Below are positions 12,550 through 25,658 of a DNA stretch of 64,000 nt, in pieces; positions within the stretch are counted from its first letter, which is position 1; each line of letters opens with the position of its first letter. Both the position numbers and the translations under genes were made by a program. The notes below the pieces were generated by a model. The model saw only the letters and a program-made list of their open reading frames with translations, was not told where the DNA came from and searched no databases. This DNA is from Takakia lepidozioides. Taxonomy: Eukaryota; Plantae; Bryophyta. The stretch covers positions 53,258,001-53,322,000 of the forward strand of contig CM060732.1 of NCBI GenBank assembly GCA_030704615.1. Reading direction: 5' to 3'.

Positions 12550-15200
12550 CTTGGTGAAATGCCATATTTCACAAATTTCACATAGGGCAGTAAATATTTG
12601 TTCTTGATAGCCTGCGCATTTGCATGTGAATCTGTGAAGTGCTGGTGTGGTTACACTCTACACTTAACTGAGGGCATTGCCAATTGAAGATTTTAATCAA
12701 ATTTCTGAGCAAACTCCAATCCATACCAGCGGTTTTAGACAGCCTGAGATCATCAGATGCGACTCCATATACCAATCTCACAGGAGAAGTGTGGAAATCC
12801 TGGGGTTTTAATATTATCTCCAGGGGTTCTGCCCATGATGATTGGACCATGTTTTGCTGTGCAGCCACATGATCACCTGGGGTGCTGTGACCCTATGTGT
12901 GAGCACTTATGTACTCATTCAACAGTGAGTTCAGAAGAGAAAGGGCAAGAAGGACGATTGAGCATAACCCAATCTCTGATTGCATGTTCCCTTTCTAGCG
13001 TGGTTGCTGCAAAGGGGGTAGTTGACTGCAGGCTCATCCTACTCAACTAGTTTTTGGGTTTATTCCTAACAGGTTTTGCTGTGACCAAACTAATTCATGT
13101 CCATGTGTAGTTGCACCCTTTCTCAACTTAGTAGGTTATGGTGCGTCTGGATGCAGAGGGACAGACAACAGTAACTGGGGGCACTTCATTTGGTGCCAGG
13201 TGTTTTCGGATTACTGGGGATGCCACCAACCCTGCGAAGCAACCGGTCTACAATGCGGTGTGTAGCTTGTCCTGCTCTTCCCCATGCAAGTCATGTGGAT
13301 CATGCTAGACTCTGTCTCACTTAGTTGCCACTCTTGGCGACTCTCACTTTCTCTTCCCAAGGCTCTTCCATCCCCCTCTCTCTCCCCATTTGTCTTGTCC
13401 TCATTCATGCACTCCCCCACATTCACTTTTGACAAGGTTCCCATTCCTCTTTGGAGTGATGGTCATCTCGTCAATTTGATGTTGGCTAACCCCTTCTCTA
13501 AGTCCATGGGAGCAATTCCAATGCTCAATTTACATGATGAAGTCTTATTTTTCACAACATGATGAAACCCAAAGGATTGGGTTGTAGTCCTAGAAATAGA
13601 TATATATGTACATCCAGGTAGACCCTTTTGTTCCCCACACTCAGTCATGGGTATCTATCTGTTCATGGAGAGGGGTTGGTATGTTGCAGGATATATTTGG
13701 CAGGGTCTACGATGCTCATGGGGAACCTGCTTTGGACACTGTGAGTTGCCAACTGTTTTTGGGATAATAAGGAGATGGACGCATAGGGAAGGTAGGATGC
13801 GCACAATCCTTGGTTCGGTGCTCTGGGTTTGTTGTTTTTTACGAGCCTCATCCTCAAAGCTTCGTACAGATAGCCAGTGGTCAGGCACTGTGGCCAAAAA
13901 GTAGATGGTGGCCATGGCTGCAGACATTGCTTACCGACTTGGGATGTAGGGCATCCAAGTCTTCAAGGGTCAAGCTGGCTCTGGCTGGCATCATTCAGCT
14001 TTCTGATAGACACAATTTTTATGTAAAAGTTTTCTGGTGATGGGGTTGGGGAGCACAGGTTGAAAACCTTCGAATTGACACTCTTGCTGAAGTTCCACCC
14101 GGCATAAGCAAGGTCAGAGGTTGCCCCTATACTTGGATGCAGGAAAATGCCCCCCTTCTCTGTTCGGTCTCTCTATACCACACCGGCCACTAGATTATCT
14201 TTCAAACTAGGGATGCCCACCTGTGTATATGGCCTGTGCTGGGGAGAAAGAGAACCACTACATTGCATCTGTGGGCATGATGGTGAGGACATGTATTCCG
14301 TCTAATAGGGGCTTCAGCCACATGGAGACTTTTGAGAGATGTCTCTTTATTCAGTTTGAGAGCCTTGAGACAATGCCAAATTCTCTGGCTCTTTCTGGGT
14401 CAGGTTTCTGTGCGTGTGTGGATCAAAGGAGCAAGTGAGATATTTGCAATAATCTGGAAACAGCATTCATACTAGTGGATTCCTATACTGGAATGAGCCT
14501 TCTGCGATGGTAGTGGCCCCCCATTCTGTCATGTCCTATGCTGAACCAGACACAGGGTCTTTGGCTACAATACTATGCAAGCAAAGTCTGATGAGTACGT
14601 AGTTTTCATCTTCCCACTGAGTGTTAATCAGACAGAGTAATGATTGCAACGCATTACTGGTGAGGATTGTCAGTCAACTGGAAGGAGTATTATTCCACAG
14701 CATCCTTGGCTCCAAGGCTACAGTTGTAATGGCAAAATATCACACTTATGAGTGCATTTGTCTGTGTCTCTCAGTCCTGGAATGGACATTCTGAGTATGA
14801 TGTAGCTAGGTGTTGGTGGCAGTCGGCCAGTGCGAAAGCACTCCATGCCGAGTATTGTACCCTGTGGGAAATGGTCAATGCATACATTTCTCATTGCTTT
14901 CAGTCCAGAAGAATTTCTGCAGTGCAGCATCGTTCACAGTTTCAGTTTAGAATGTGTTATGTCATAAAAATCACTCGAGTTCCATTGCCTTGATGGACTG
15001 TAGGTCAGCTTCCAAATCACAGTGAATGAAGGCCAAGCAAAGCTGGGCCCGCTGCAGCTCAAGAATTTCAAGGCAACAGGTTACCTGGGCAAGGTCAACA
15101 ACCGACAGGTCTGATTGAAATCCTTCCTGCTGTGCCTTCCTAGTGGGCAGCAACATTGTTGATCCCAGTTCCTTGCTGAATTGGTGTCATTCGTCCCGTT
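12550..15200 (-). mobile_element. Highly decayed L1-type LINE ORF2 remnant
   Basis: Minus-strand fragments resemble L1 post-RT motifs: ALQKFFWT (~14905), a degenerate GGLG-like segment (~14710) and WSLLRNLIKIFNW (~12700). Many stops. Confidence 0.35.
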
Positions 15201-16268
15201 CAACCGCTTCATGGACATCAGAACTCCGTACACAAAACCTTCTCATGACCAAGATGATAAGAGGAAGACATGCAGAAATGTTGTTGAGAAAAGTGAGACT
15301 CCCGGAACACTTGTTATGAAATGTTTCAGGAAACTTTGAATTCTAGCTGCCACATACAGCTCACAAATAACTTGCTGATTCCATTCATTCCTGCAGTTCA
15401 TCAACCCATATCCCTATCAGACTAGCCATGTCTGATAAAGCCTGACGGGCATTGTGGACTGGTTTTGTTTCGTTTTGCAGGGGACGGGGCGTTTGGATGA
15501 CATGGATTTTAGTGAGATTGATGAAGACTATGTTCCCTAGCTCCATGTTTTTGTTGCCTACCCTTGTGGGTTCTTTTTGCAGCAATGTATAACCACGTTA
15601 TTTGTGCTTGGCATGAGATCCTGACCAAATCTGCAAAGACTTGCAGTGTCACTATGCCATCCAAGAGACTTTAGAAAGCACTCTCGTTGTTACAGTATGC
15701 AGGATTTTAGCCCCAAACCCACAGGAGTGACACAATGGGCACTATCCAACTGAGCTACCGGCTGCTTGTAGGGCCGTTTATTTGTACCAAGGAAAACAGC
15801 ATATGACGAATGGCACGTGGCGGTTGCCAATCACCCAGTGAGCCTTCTCGCACCTTTCGTCGCCCACGCGGTCCTCTTTCGCTATGGAGATTCCGCACAT
15901 ATCCCAGCTGCGAAGCTGTTGGACGTCGTATATCTCCACACCTCTGGTCCTTCTTGCACGAACCCCATTCTAAGACAATGCCGGAAGAGTTGGGTTTTTA
16001 TTTGCTCGAGTTCACGAAACTTGCTCGAGTCGCATTGGATGGATGACGCAGAGTGGAATCCCTAGATGCGGTGGTAGCTGGGATGTTTCCCTGATTTCGG
16101 TGGAGGTTTGGTATTAGTACAAGGTCTGTAAGGCTCTGTGGGGAGGAGATACAATCGCAGGAATCAAAGCGTCTTCCTCAAGCGCAACCCACAGAAGAAG
16201 TGCAGAGGTTTGCTACTACTAGGTCTTTGGTAGACACGCCTAAGATCTGCAATTCTTTGGAGAAGAGG

Positions 16269-19200
16269 ATGTCGGGCATGCTGGTGGATTGCACTAATTG
16301 CCGCACACCGCTGCAATGCCCTCCAGGCGCCAGGGCTATTAGATGCGCTCTCTGTCAAGCAATCACACATATTAGTGAATCTCGGTCTGCGTTTCCTGCG
16401 CCTGGACATCAACATCGCCTGCCCTCACCGCCAAATCCCTCACAGTACACTCCAGAACCTCCAAATTACCATGGATCCAAGAAGGCTGTGATCTGTGGCA
16501 TCAATTACAGATACTCGAGGTACCAGCTCAAAGGATGCATCAATGACGCCAACTGCATGAAATATTTGCTTACTTCCAGATACCATTTTCCTGAGGCTTC
16601 TATCCTAACGCTGACGGGTATGTCTACGTTTTCCTCATCTATATGCACTGTCCATATGGATGGTGTCAATGGCATCAAGGCCAGTGAAAGCAACGTCTAA
16701 TAAGAAAAATGTCTTTTTCATTCTTCCAGCATCAATTCAGGCCCCATTTTCTTTTCTTTTGTTCGTTTATTCTTCATCATTGTCCTCTAAGCTCTTTAAG
16801 CTCTCTGTGTATAATTTCGTCTTGCTGTCTCCCACTTTGCTGTGGTGGACACGGCCCGGTTCATTTGTACACGACATCTGAAACCTGTGGTATTCAGTTA
16901 ACATGAGTTGGGAATCAGTTATCAGAGTCAGGTTTACATGGGGACCAAACAATATTGAAACATCTAGCAATCTATCCAGGTCAAGATCTTCCAGATATAC
17001 AACGAGGAACCCATAATATCTGGGGTGGTTCTTGGCAAAGTGAAGTACAACTGTTGGAGCCTATCACCAGAAGACCATGTCCTTTGAACCATATAAACTG
17101 TTTTATGCCCTTCAACCATGTGTTGAAGAACTCCTCAACTTTCTTCTCTACATCAGGTGCCTCAAAGTGGTGACAAGCTATACGGATCCTATGTATTTTT
17201 TGTCTGTGGGGGCCCTCTTTATCCTGAAACATTGAGGCTTGACTGGGACTGTAAAATGTCCCCATATTCTTTTGTGTACTTTCTGGGTTCAGATGTGTGA
17301 TGGGCCATATCCTGATAGATGTTATATTTCCTTTTATTGAGTGCAGAGGACCAGAAAAACCCGCTGATGCAACCAACAAGATACAACATACACATGGCTA
17401 TGGTGTGGTTGGTGCAGGGCTGCAAGGCCGGAGACTCTCTGCTGCTCCATTACTCGGGCCATGGCTCCCAGCAACGTGACTTTAGTGGCGAAGAAGTTGA
17501 TGGATTAAATGAGACAATCTGCCCAATTGACTTTGAGACCCAAGGCATGATCGATGATAATGAAATTAATGCCACAATTGTTAGACCTCTGCCACGGGGG
17601 GTGCGCCTCAATGCAATCATCGATGCCTGCCACAGTGGCACTGTCCTGGATTTGCCTTATGTTTGTCGTTTCAACAGGTTCGGACTAAGTGCAATTCAAA
17701 TGCCCAAGCAGGCTCTCTTTGCATCATTTAAATGGTTATTATGCCTAAATGCGTATTTCTCGGGGAAAGGTCCCTGCACTTTTTGGAATGCAATCAATTT
17801 ACAGATCAGTTTGTGTAGTCTTGTGTATGCAATTATTGTTGCTCCATATCATGTACTTGGTGCAGGAATGACCTGTGAGGTGCAGGTCATAACAGAGGGA
17901 AGAGTTAGGGCTAAACCCTAAACCCTGACACCTTTCCACAAAATGGCCCTGTAAATGAGCAGGTCACTGGGCAAATGGAATAAACGTACGTGATGGTATG
18001 TGGTTTCAGTTATGGCCAATTTCAGTGGGAAGACCAACGGCCTCGGAACGGGGCATGGAAGGGAACCAATGGAGGAGAAGCCTATTCCTTCAGTGGATGT
18101 GATGATAATGAAACCTCAGCAGACACCTCGGTATCTTTCCTTCTCTGATGATGTATTCACTTGATGTATGCTGAAGAAGTCATTGGTTTGTTCTACTCTG
18201 TCCCATGGGCCTGCCCCCTGTAGACATTCTAATTGTGTTTTCTTTCTTTCTGATTCTCCCTCTGGCATAGGGTTGTTAAAGAATATTGACAGGTTTGGTT
18301 CCATCTAATCTATGTTCAACATCTTTGTATGATATGTTCCAGCCACTTACCAGCCACTTGGCTTTCCTTACCAATATACTGGTACACGACACCAGGATAG
18401 GGCAGCACAGAGAGAGGACGAGGCATTCAATGATTCCAAAGCAAAATTTCTCTATCATCTTTTGGCACGAACTTTCCTTATCCCAAAGTGGGGGTGGCTT
18501 TTGATACATGTTCCCTGTGTGGTGATGTGTTTTGTCTTGTTGATGTAGGCTCTCTCCAAAGTCACCTCGACAGGGGCGATGACTTTTTGTTTCATCCAAG
18601 CTATTGAGCGTGGGTACGCACAAACATATGGCAGTCTTTTGACTGCCATGCGAAATGCAATTCGTGAAGTTGGTAGAGGCTCGGGGGCAGGGGGTGGAGC
18701 TGTCACCTCTCTCATCGACATGCTCTTGGTCGGGGGCAGCTTGAGTGGTGGTGGGCTAAAGCAGGTGATTCTCAACTTAAAGTTGGGTTTCATGATCTGT
18801 TTTGTCCATGTCTATATCGCAAGTGATAATCTGTGCCAGTGAAATGGAAGTAGGTGGGTTAACTCATACCAGTCTGCAAGTCCAGTTCAAGAAAATGATG
18901 CAGTGGGCATTTGCCCAACAACAACAGCAACATTCGTTTTTAAATTGACGCACCTTCCACTTAAAGATGTAAGCTGAAATCCTCTGAAATTAGGCCATTT
19001 TAAGAGGTAGTCTGTTTCTTCCCCTCATCCTGCTGTAATCTGGACTTCAGATACACCTGTTGTCAAAGTCTGCCCAGTGGTCATAGCATGAGCATAGCAT
19101 CCACTCAAGAGATCATTGTTTCTGTGATTTTGCAAAAGAAGTTGGTATTTTTCCTCAAAATGTTCTTGTTAAGTGTACGAAATGGCTGTATACACTTAAA

Positions 19201-19290
19201 AGGGGTTGCACTGCTGGCTCGGGAATGTTGCAGGAACCTCAATTGTCCTCAGCAGAGATGTTCGATATCAATGCACCCTTCCACCTGTAG
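16269..19290 (+). CDS. MC1: Type I metacaspase (MC1-like), 357 aa; exons 16269-16617, 17347-17677, 18010-18130, 18549-18764, 19234-19290
   Basis: LSD1-type Zn finger CTNC..CALC, Pro-rich prodomain, KKAVICGINY, catalytic HYSGHG and DACHSG, SGCDDNETSADT, C-terminal QEPQLSS..FD. All introns are GT-AG and the frame is preserved (1074 nt). Confidence 0.93.
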
Positions 19291-20120
19291 GAAAGGTCCC
19301 CTTGAACATCCTTTCTGGTGATACTTTCGGACCGCCGACTATGAATTCTGGCGGTGAGATATTCTTGAAGGCATGGTTGTGTCCGTATCTACTCTTTTGA
19401 TGTATGATGTGCCTCAATCTACAGGAGAGAGATGGAGGGAAAGTTCAACATTTGATCTAGAGAGCAAAAAGTAGCTTAACCAGGCCATGGTATGGTCTCC
19501 AAGGTGTCATAAAAGGGAAGAGTAGCATACGTTATGATAAAATAGTGGTGAGGAAGGATGTGCCAACTTGCAGCATTATGCAAGTCAAACTTTATTTCTG
19601 GCCACATTTCCATGTGTTTGTACGAGACCACTATGCTTTAGGGACAGGTAGTAAGTAGAGGTTAACATTTTACCAATTGTTGTGCAAGAGATGCTAAGAA
19701 GTGAACTCCAAGTTCACACTTTGTTCAGATTGGAGGGAGAAGAACAACAGATTGAGTGGATGTAACATCGCTTGCATCTTTCTTCAACCTCAGTTATTCT
19801 TACTTGGAAGTAGTCCACAGTACTATGGGACAAAATGGTATGCAAATAGTCGATTGGTCACATGTCAAATGCAAGCAGAAAAGCCTGTGGTATGACAGTC
19901 TTGAGCAACAATCCCTAGTGACGAACTTTGAGAGACTCAAGAAATTGTGTGTCTCCAGTATCTTTGATATTCTAGTAAATACAGTAGAGGTAATGACATC
20001 CCTTAGTGTCAACACGAATTGGGTCTGTAATAATAGATGTTCTTGCACTTAGTGGAAAATCCTCAAGTCCAGCAGATTCAGTACTGAAGTTGCAGTAGAT
20101 GGTTCTGTGAGTTGTGCGAC

Positions 20121-20489
20121 TTAATTGCCATCGTTGTTTGGAGTTCCGGATGTTGGAATGCCTTCAGCTGCCCTTTCAAGCGAAAACTTAGGCTTCAAAT
20201 TTGTTGTGGACGAAATTTGTTGTACCGATGTTATGTTCCTGATGTTTGCTACTGCGTATCCCCTCTTGGGTTGGTCCAAGGATTTTTGTCGGGTGCAGAC
20301 CGTCTCCATGGCAACGAGTGTTGGAATCACATCTGCAGGGAGGCTGTGCGCTGTTTGCTCTTGGGAAATTGAAGGCATTGGGCGGTTCTGATCACTGCCA
20401 GGAACTTGAAAGTTCATACCTTCAATGGGCTGTGTTACGGCTACCAGTGCCATAAAGACTAGTCCTATCAATGAGATGATGTGGATCAT
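20121..20489 (-). CDS. Candidate small secreted peptide precursor (122 aa)
   Basis: Single-exon ATG ORF. Hydrophobic N-terminus MIHIISLIGLVFMALVAVTQPIEG looks like a signal peptide; the middle is variable; the C-terminus is ..RAAEGIPTSGTPNNDGN*. Confidence 0.5.
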   Translation of the reverse strand: MIHIISLIGLVFMALVAVTQPIEGMNFQVPGSDQNRPMPSISQEQTAHSLPADVIPTLVAMETVCTRQKSLDQPKRGYAVANIRNITSVQQISSTTNLKPKFSLERAAEGIPTSGTPNNDGN

Positions 20490-23400
20490 TGTCGTAGAGA
20501 TCGAGAAAAATCAATCGAGAGAAAGAAAATTTGGTTTCGGATTGCGGGCTGGTAGACAGCTCGGAAGTGGGTTTCCAGGACTTGGAAACAGGTAACCGGG
20601 TTTAGAAGAGTAATTTAGTTCTAGACTGATGCAAAGGTTGAGCGATTGTATGAGGAGGATGAGATAGAGACACACAAGGCAGCATAAGTACTGAACTGTT
20701 GTGGTGAAAATGCGTACACCACCAATGCAGCTAACACCAGACTGAGCGACCGCGATTTGAGACACTCGTCATCGCCGCTCAACAATAACAGCTCGTACGT
20801 AGGTAGCGGGACCTTTCACTCTCTCTCAAATGGTTTCTTTGAGCATCAAGAGCAACCGCTAGATCTATTTGAGCAACCTCGAGGATATTTGGGTGAGTCA
20901 GCTTAAGCTATGGATAACTATCAGCCCACGGTTACAAGCCAATAGCTCAGGATTGATGGTTTCATCAAATCTCGGCAGATATCATCAAGGATAACAGATA
21001 CTAGTTACAACAAGTTACTAGTTACCACAAGTCACACTTCTCTGAAATGCGATACCACTCGACTCCCGCCATGGTGATATAACAGAGTCGGACCAGAGAG
21101 AATGCATGCAAATTCCACCGGGACGTCGGGTCGGAAGTCCATCTAATGGTTGTCCAGGCAAGGATGTTCACAGCACAGGACTCCTATCCGAGAGTTGGCA
21201 ATCCAAGGACTGCTCTAGCTTTTCAAATTACTACCACGGTTCAGATGCAAGATTCCAGAGGAAGCATCCCTGTAAATCGTCACCGAAAAGAGCTCCGTGG
21301 TGAAACTACTACAAAGCTAGAGAATCATAGAAATCGGGAATCGCAATGGATATTTGGTGGCCAAACCAACATCAAGAGCCTACATGCGTTTCCTACCCAA
21401 TACGGACAAACTTTAGAAGAAAAATGGCCTCGACCAGTCGATTTGAAGAGTCCAGGGATAGAAAGCCTTGTCGGTTTTGATAGGGGTGCTCGAAAGTCTA
21501 TAGATTGTCTTCCCTAGAATTCTGATGTAGCTGTTGAACCGTGGCCAAGTCTGGACAATGGAGATGCGAAGATACAACATACCGTAGCCTGTAAGTTACT
21601 GAACAGAACACAAATTTGGGCGAGGTCCAGGAGCAGTGCCTTGGTCGCCCTCTAATCATTGGATCCCAAGTGCTAGATTCATTAATCGTCAGATCACTAC
21701 AGCACCGGCCCCCGATCGCTTGCGCATGTGCTGTCTCAAACGTGCTGTCCTAAATGCCAGAGGAAATTGTTGTAATCTAAGATGCTGGATCATCGGGGAA
21801 ATTTTATCATCCCTGGCTATTTGGCCTCTTTATTTTGAAAAAAAATCCTATGGCAGTGTAACAGTGAGTCAGGGATTCTAGGTGTATTTCAACTTCTCCC
21901 CGGTTTAGAATTCGATTGTAGCCATTCTCAGGCGGATGTCCAACTGTGCTAAAGTGGAGCTTTGACTTCTCCACAACCCACAACGGTCACTTACTGTAAC
22001 GTAATTACAGCCCTCTTCAAGAGATGATTTCGAAACATAAAGTCTTGGATCACCATGTCAGTCTCAACGGCCCTATATATATAAGTTTGGGTAGTTCAGT
22101 CTTCAGTCCATATTTTTAAGAACAAGAGTGACTTGTCAGATGCGCTTTCCTATCCCATCTATGATCTCAGCTTTCGCATGCTAGGTAGGTAGTGCAGAAA
22201 GTTGTGAGATTTGAGTTTCATCTCGGAAGAGAAATTAAGCCGGGATGGTACCTGTACAGTGTACAGTGCCAAATGGACCCACCAGTGTATACGTGTATAC
22301 TATCCTGGTGAAAAGCATCTCACGTGACTGGCAACATCTCTATCACTCGCACTGAGGCGTCACAGTTTGTTTGAATTCACAGTTTTTCTCAAAGTAGTTT
22401 TTGGTTTTGGGCTCTGGAACAGCTTGACTTCAAAATAAACTCTTGACAGTCCTGCTATTTGAAGTGGTGAAATTACTTAAGTGCTGCCTTCCGTCTCAAC
22501 GGTCGCCTTCGATGGAGCTATCTACATAGCCCAGAGGAACGGCAGGAGGGCGGCTGCATTAAAGAACTTGTCAGCCTCCATCAACATAGCCGCCATCTTG
22601 AGCCAACACGTGCTTATACGTAATCAAAACCACCTAAACAAGCAATTTTTCCCTGGCCATGATCAAGTCCAGTCATGTCTTTTGTGTCTCACCTGCCGAC
22701 GGGCATCCCACGTCAACAAGCATCATCTTTGCTTACTCTGTCTAGAAAGCATTTGTGGGTAAACGACACCGGTAGCGGATGCTCATCGAGATTATGAAAG
22801 CGGCTTTGTTTCCATTTTATTTCATAAACCCAGTGCAATTCAGAATCCCTTCTTCCTTGCTGAGCAACAGAAGTGAGGATGGAGGGACAGAGGCTTCTCA
22901 TCAAGTTTCATCACTTTTCGATCCAGAAATTGGCCTCACGAAATTTACAAAGGAATTATGAGTTAAAAAATGGCACTGTTTCGCATTACTGCCCTCCCTA
23001 ATGCCATCATATCGCCTGCAATGAGGACGCCGCCCGTACAACTGTCGCACAGAGAAAGAGCCACATGCCATTCGGGTTCCTTAGATCTAGATGATCTTGC
23101 CTTTCGATTTCTAGAAACCCTACCACCCTGCAAAGCCTTGGGTTCAAACTCTTCCCGCTTTCGCCAAGGGGTCGAGCTATGGAGGGAACTCTCGTTTAGG
23201 TTTCGCTACCCGCCTAGTATCCGTGTCATGCACCTCCATTTAAGCATACTTGCACCGCCTCTTGCATTGGCACATGAGGCTTTGAGGAGAGTTGCTGATC
23301 TTGGACAGGAGTAGTCATATTTGTCAATGGATTGTATCCATGTGACAAAGTTGTGCTAGGCTTTGCAATATGCACTGTCGTTGTTACTTAGAAAAATTAA

Positions 23401-23789
23401 CCTCCCTTGTCGCTCCCTAAAAATCATCAAACATTCTTTGACAGTAGCCACCGGTTCGAGATCACATGCCACAAAATAGCCAATTGATCTTCCTCATAGG
23501 CCAGCCAGGAGCCAACATGGCTCAAGTTCTTAAATGAAAAAAAAAAACCATTGTCCCACACCTTTTTGTCCTCTTTGTACTAATAATCCCTCGGCCGGAG
23601 ACACTTGGCCTCACCTCCTTAATCATGGCATACACCCCCATTATACATGGTCTTGGCATCAATAGGCAGAACCAAGCGGTCTAACAGTTGCATACACTAT
23701 TCATGACCTACTCCCAGATTCTAGGGATATTTCAAGGTCGACCCGGAGCATACCACCTCACTCGTTTCTAATGTAGCTGTCAAATTTCA

Positions 23790-25560
23790 CTTTTTTTTTT
23801 TCTTTTTTTTTTATAAACAGGGGTAACAGCCCTGACAACTTTATTTGGAATTATTTGAAGGGAAAAAATTATACCCTTTACATGCCCGAAGGCTGCCTTG
23901 AGGCCTAACACACGACAAGTTGTGAAGGAGAATCCTAGGAACAGTGGACCTGAGACAGTGGACCTTCTCTATCCAAGTAGAATTAAGGAGCAATAAGCAT
24001 TGATAAGCATTGAGCGATGGTGGGGGACGCCCTCGAATAACCCTAGATTTGGGGGAGTCAGGTATAGATGCAAGGCACAGTGGCCAACTAGAAACCAGTG
24101 AGAAGCCCATCTATCTACCGGTGAAAATGAAGCTTGGACTTAACAGACTACTTGATGTGCTTCCAGTTCCGATCTGATCTTTCAAAGTCACTGTACCATT
24201 GTGACTCTATGCCCAGATATTCTACTTGACAATAAGAATACCCTAGGCATAACCCCGCGCCCTAGAAGTGTTTGCAGTTTGCACCATTCGTTCCGTAGAA
24301 TTCACATATTGCCATGACAAATACCCACAATAAGCCATACAAAATAAACATGAAAAACATACCGGGTAAATTATTGCCCTACATAACCACGGGCGGCACA
24401 TAGCTCCCCTCAAGCTGTCAAACAAATACACATTACAACCATCCCCTCTCTAGCAGCCCTCATCACTAGCAAACGCAAATTAACCATCCTCCAACCCAGA
24501 CAGAAAATACCAGTGTTGGGCGGTTAACCAGACTGACCCGGGTTAACCGGCGGGTCAGGTTCCGGTTATTAAGAACCTAACCGGAACTGGAGCAGGGAGA
24601 CGGATAGGTTCCGGTTCGCGCAGTTATGTGTATGTCCCTAATGCGGAGCCGCCAGCCCCATCAAGTCGGCCGTGCTGCTGCTGGTTGGGTATTTGTGCCT
24701 TGCCTGGGTGGTCCTGGGTTCAATCCTTGAACATGTGCCTTCAGCTGTCCATTGTCCATTGGCACCTTGATGAGCAGTAGGCTCTGTAAATTCCTTAGAA
24801 ACTCTATCTTTATCTGTAGTTCATATTTTTTACTGGGCAGGGACTCCGGCCCGCCAGCCATTGCAACAGCAAATGTCTATTTTGTAGGAAAACATACTAA
24901 ACATTTCTTTGACCAATAGGACATAAACTTTCCAGAGGAGGGAACCGGAACCGTCCTAATGTTTAAGAACCGGAACCGCCTTTTTTTCATCCCAAACAAC
25001 CGCCCCCGAACCGGAACCGTAATTTAAACCCTACCCTAGAACCGGAAGTTCTTGGAAAAAGCAAGAACCCCCCCAACACTGGAAAATACCCACTTAAACC
25101 GAGAAATACATTTCTATAGGGCCCACCACTCCTGACCTGGGCAGTAGCCAAAAGATGAAGTGGGCTCTTCTAGTTAGGCCGGCCGGGCCAGCGACTTATC
25201 CCACTCTCAAGGGACAAATATAGGCTGCCCTTCGCGGTTCAACGCGCCTCTAAGTTGAAGATGCATCACCAAATTTGGCAAAGCTCATCAGCCATTCTTT
25301 TAGTGGCGAATAATCGCCAGATTTTGACCTCGCGCAGGTCCTGGCGATAGGGGCTAAGGGAAATGGGGTTAAGAAATTCAAGGATTTCGCCAAAAACTGA
25401 TTTGGTGGGCCCATCAATCGCCAGAGGGGCCGGAAGAGAGAGGCACATGTGGCCATATTGAAGGGAGGCATTTCATAACCGAGGAGCCAGATCCCACCAA
25501 CCACCTGCAGGATATCGCCCTATCCCCAGAGGGTGGGAGGACGTGGAGCCAGCCCATTTT
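23790..25560 (-). mobile_element. 5'-truncated L1-type LINE 3' end, interrupted by a hAT MITE
   Basis: Poly(T) at 23790-23813 is a poly(A) tail on the minus strand. Decayed C-terminal motifs (W.I...W.LRNE-like ~24300; E.P.HL..CP-like ~25150). Left boundary firm, right boundary approximate. Confidence 0.55.
24511..25081. mobile_element. hAT-type MITE
   Basis: TIR CAGTGTTGGG/CCCAACACTG, perfect 8-bp TSD GAAAATAC (24503-24510, 25082-25089) and subterminal AACCGG(AACC) repeats. Confidence 0.9.
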
Positions 25561-25658
25561 CCTGTATAGATATACATATGTAGTAACTCTATATAGATAG
25601 AATTTGTTGTTTAAAGTATGTGTAATGTGTGTAGTTGGCTGAGAGGTAGAAGACTCTA

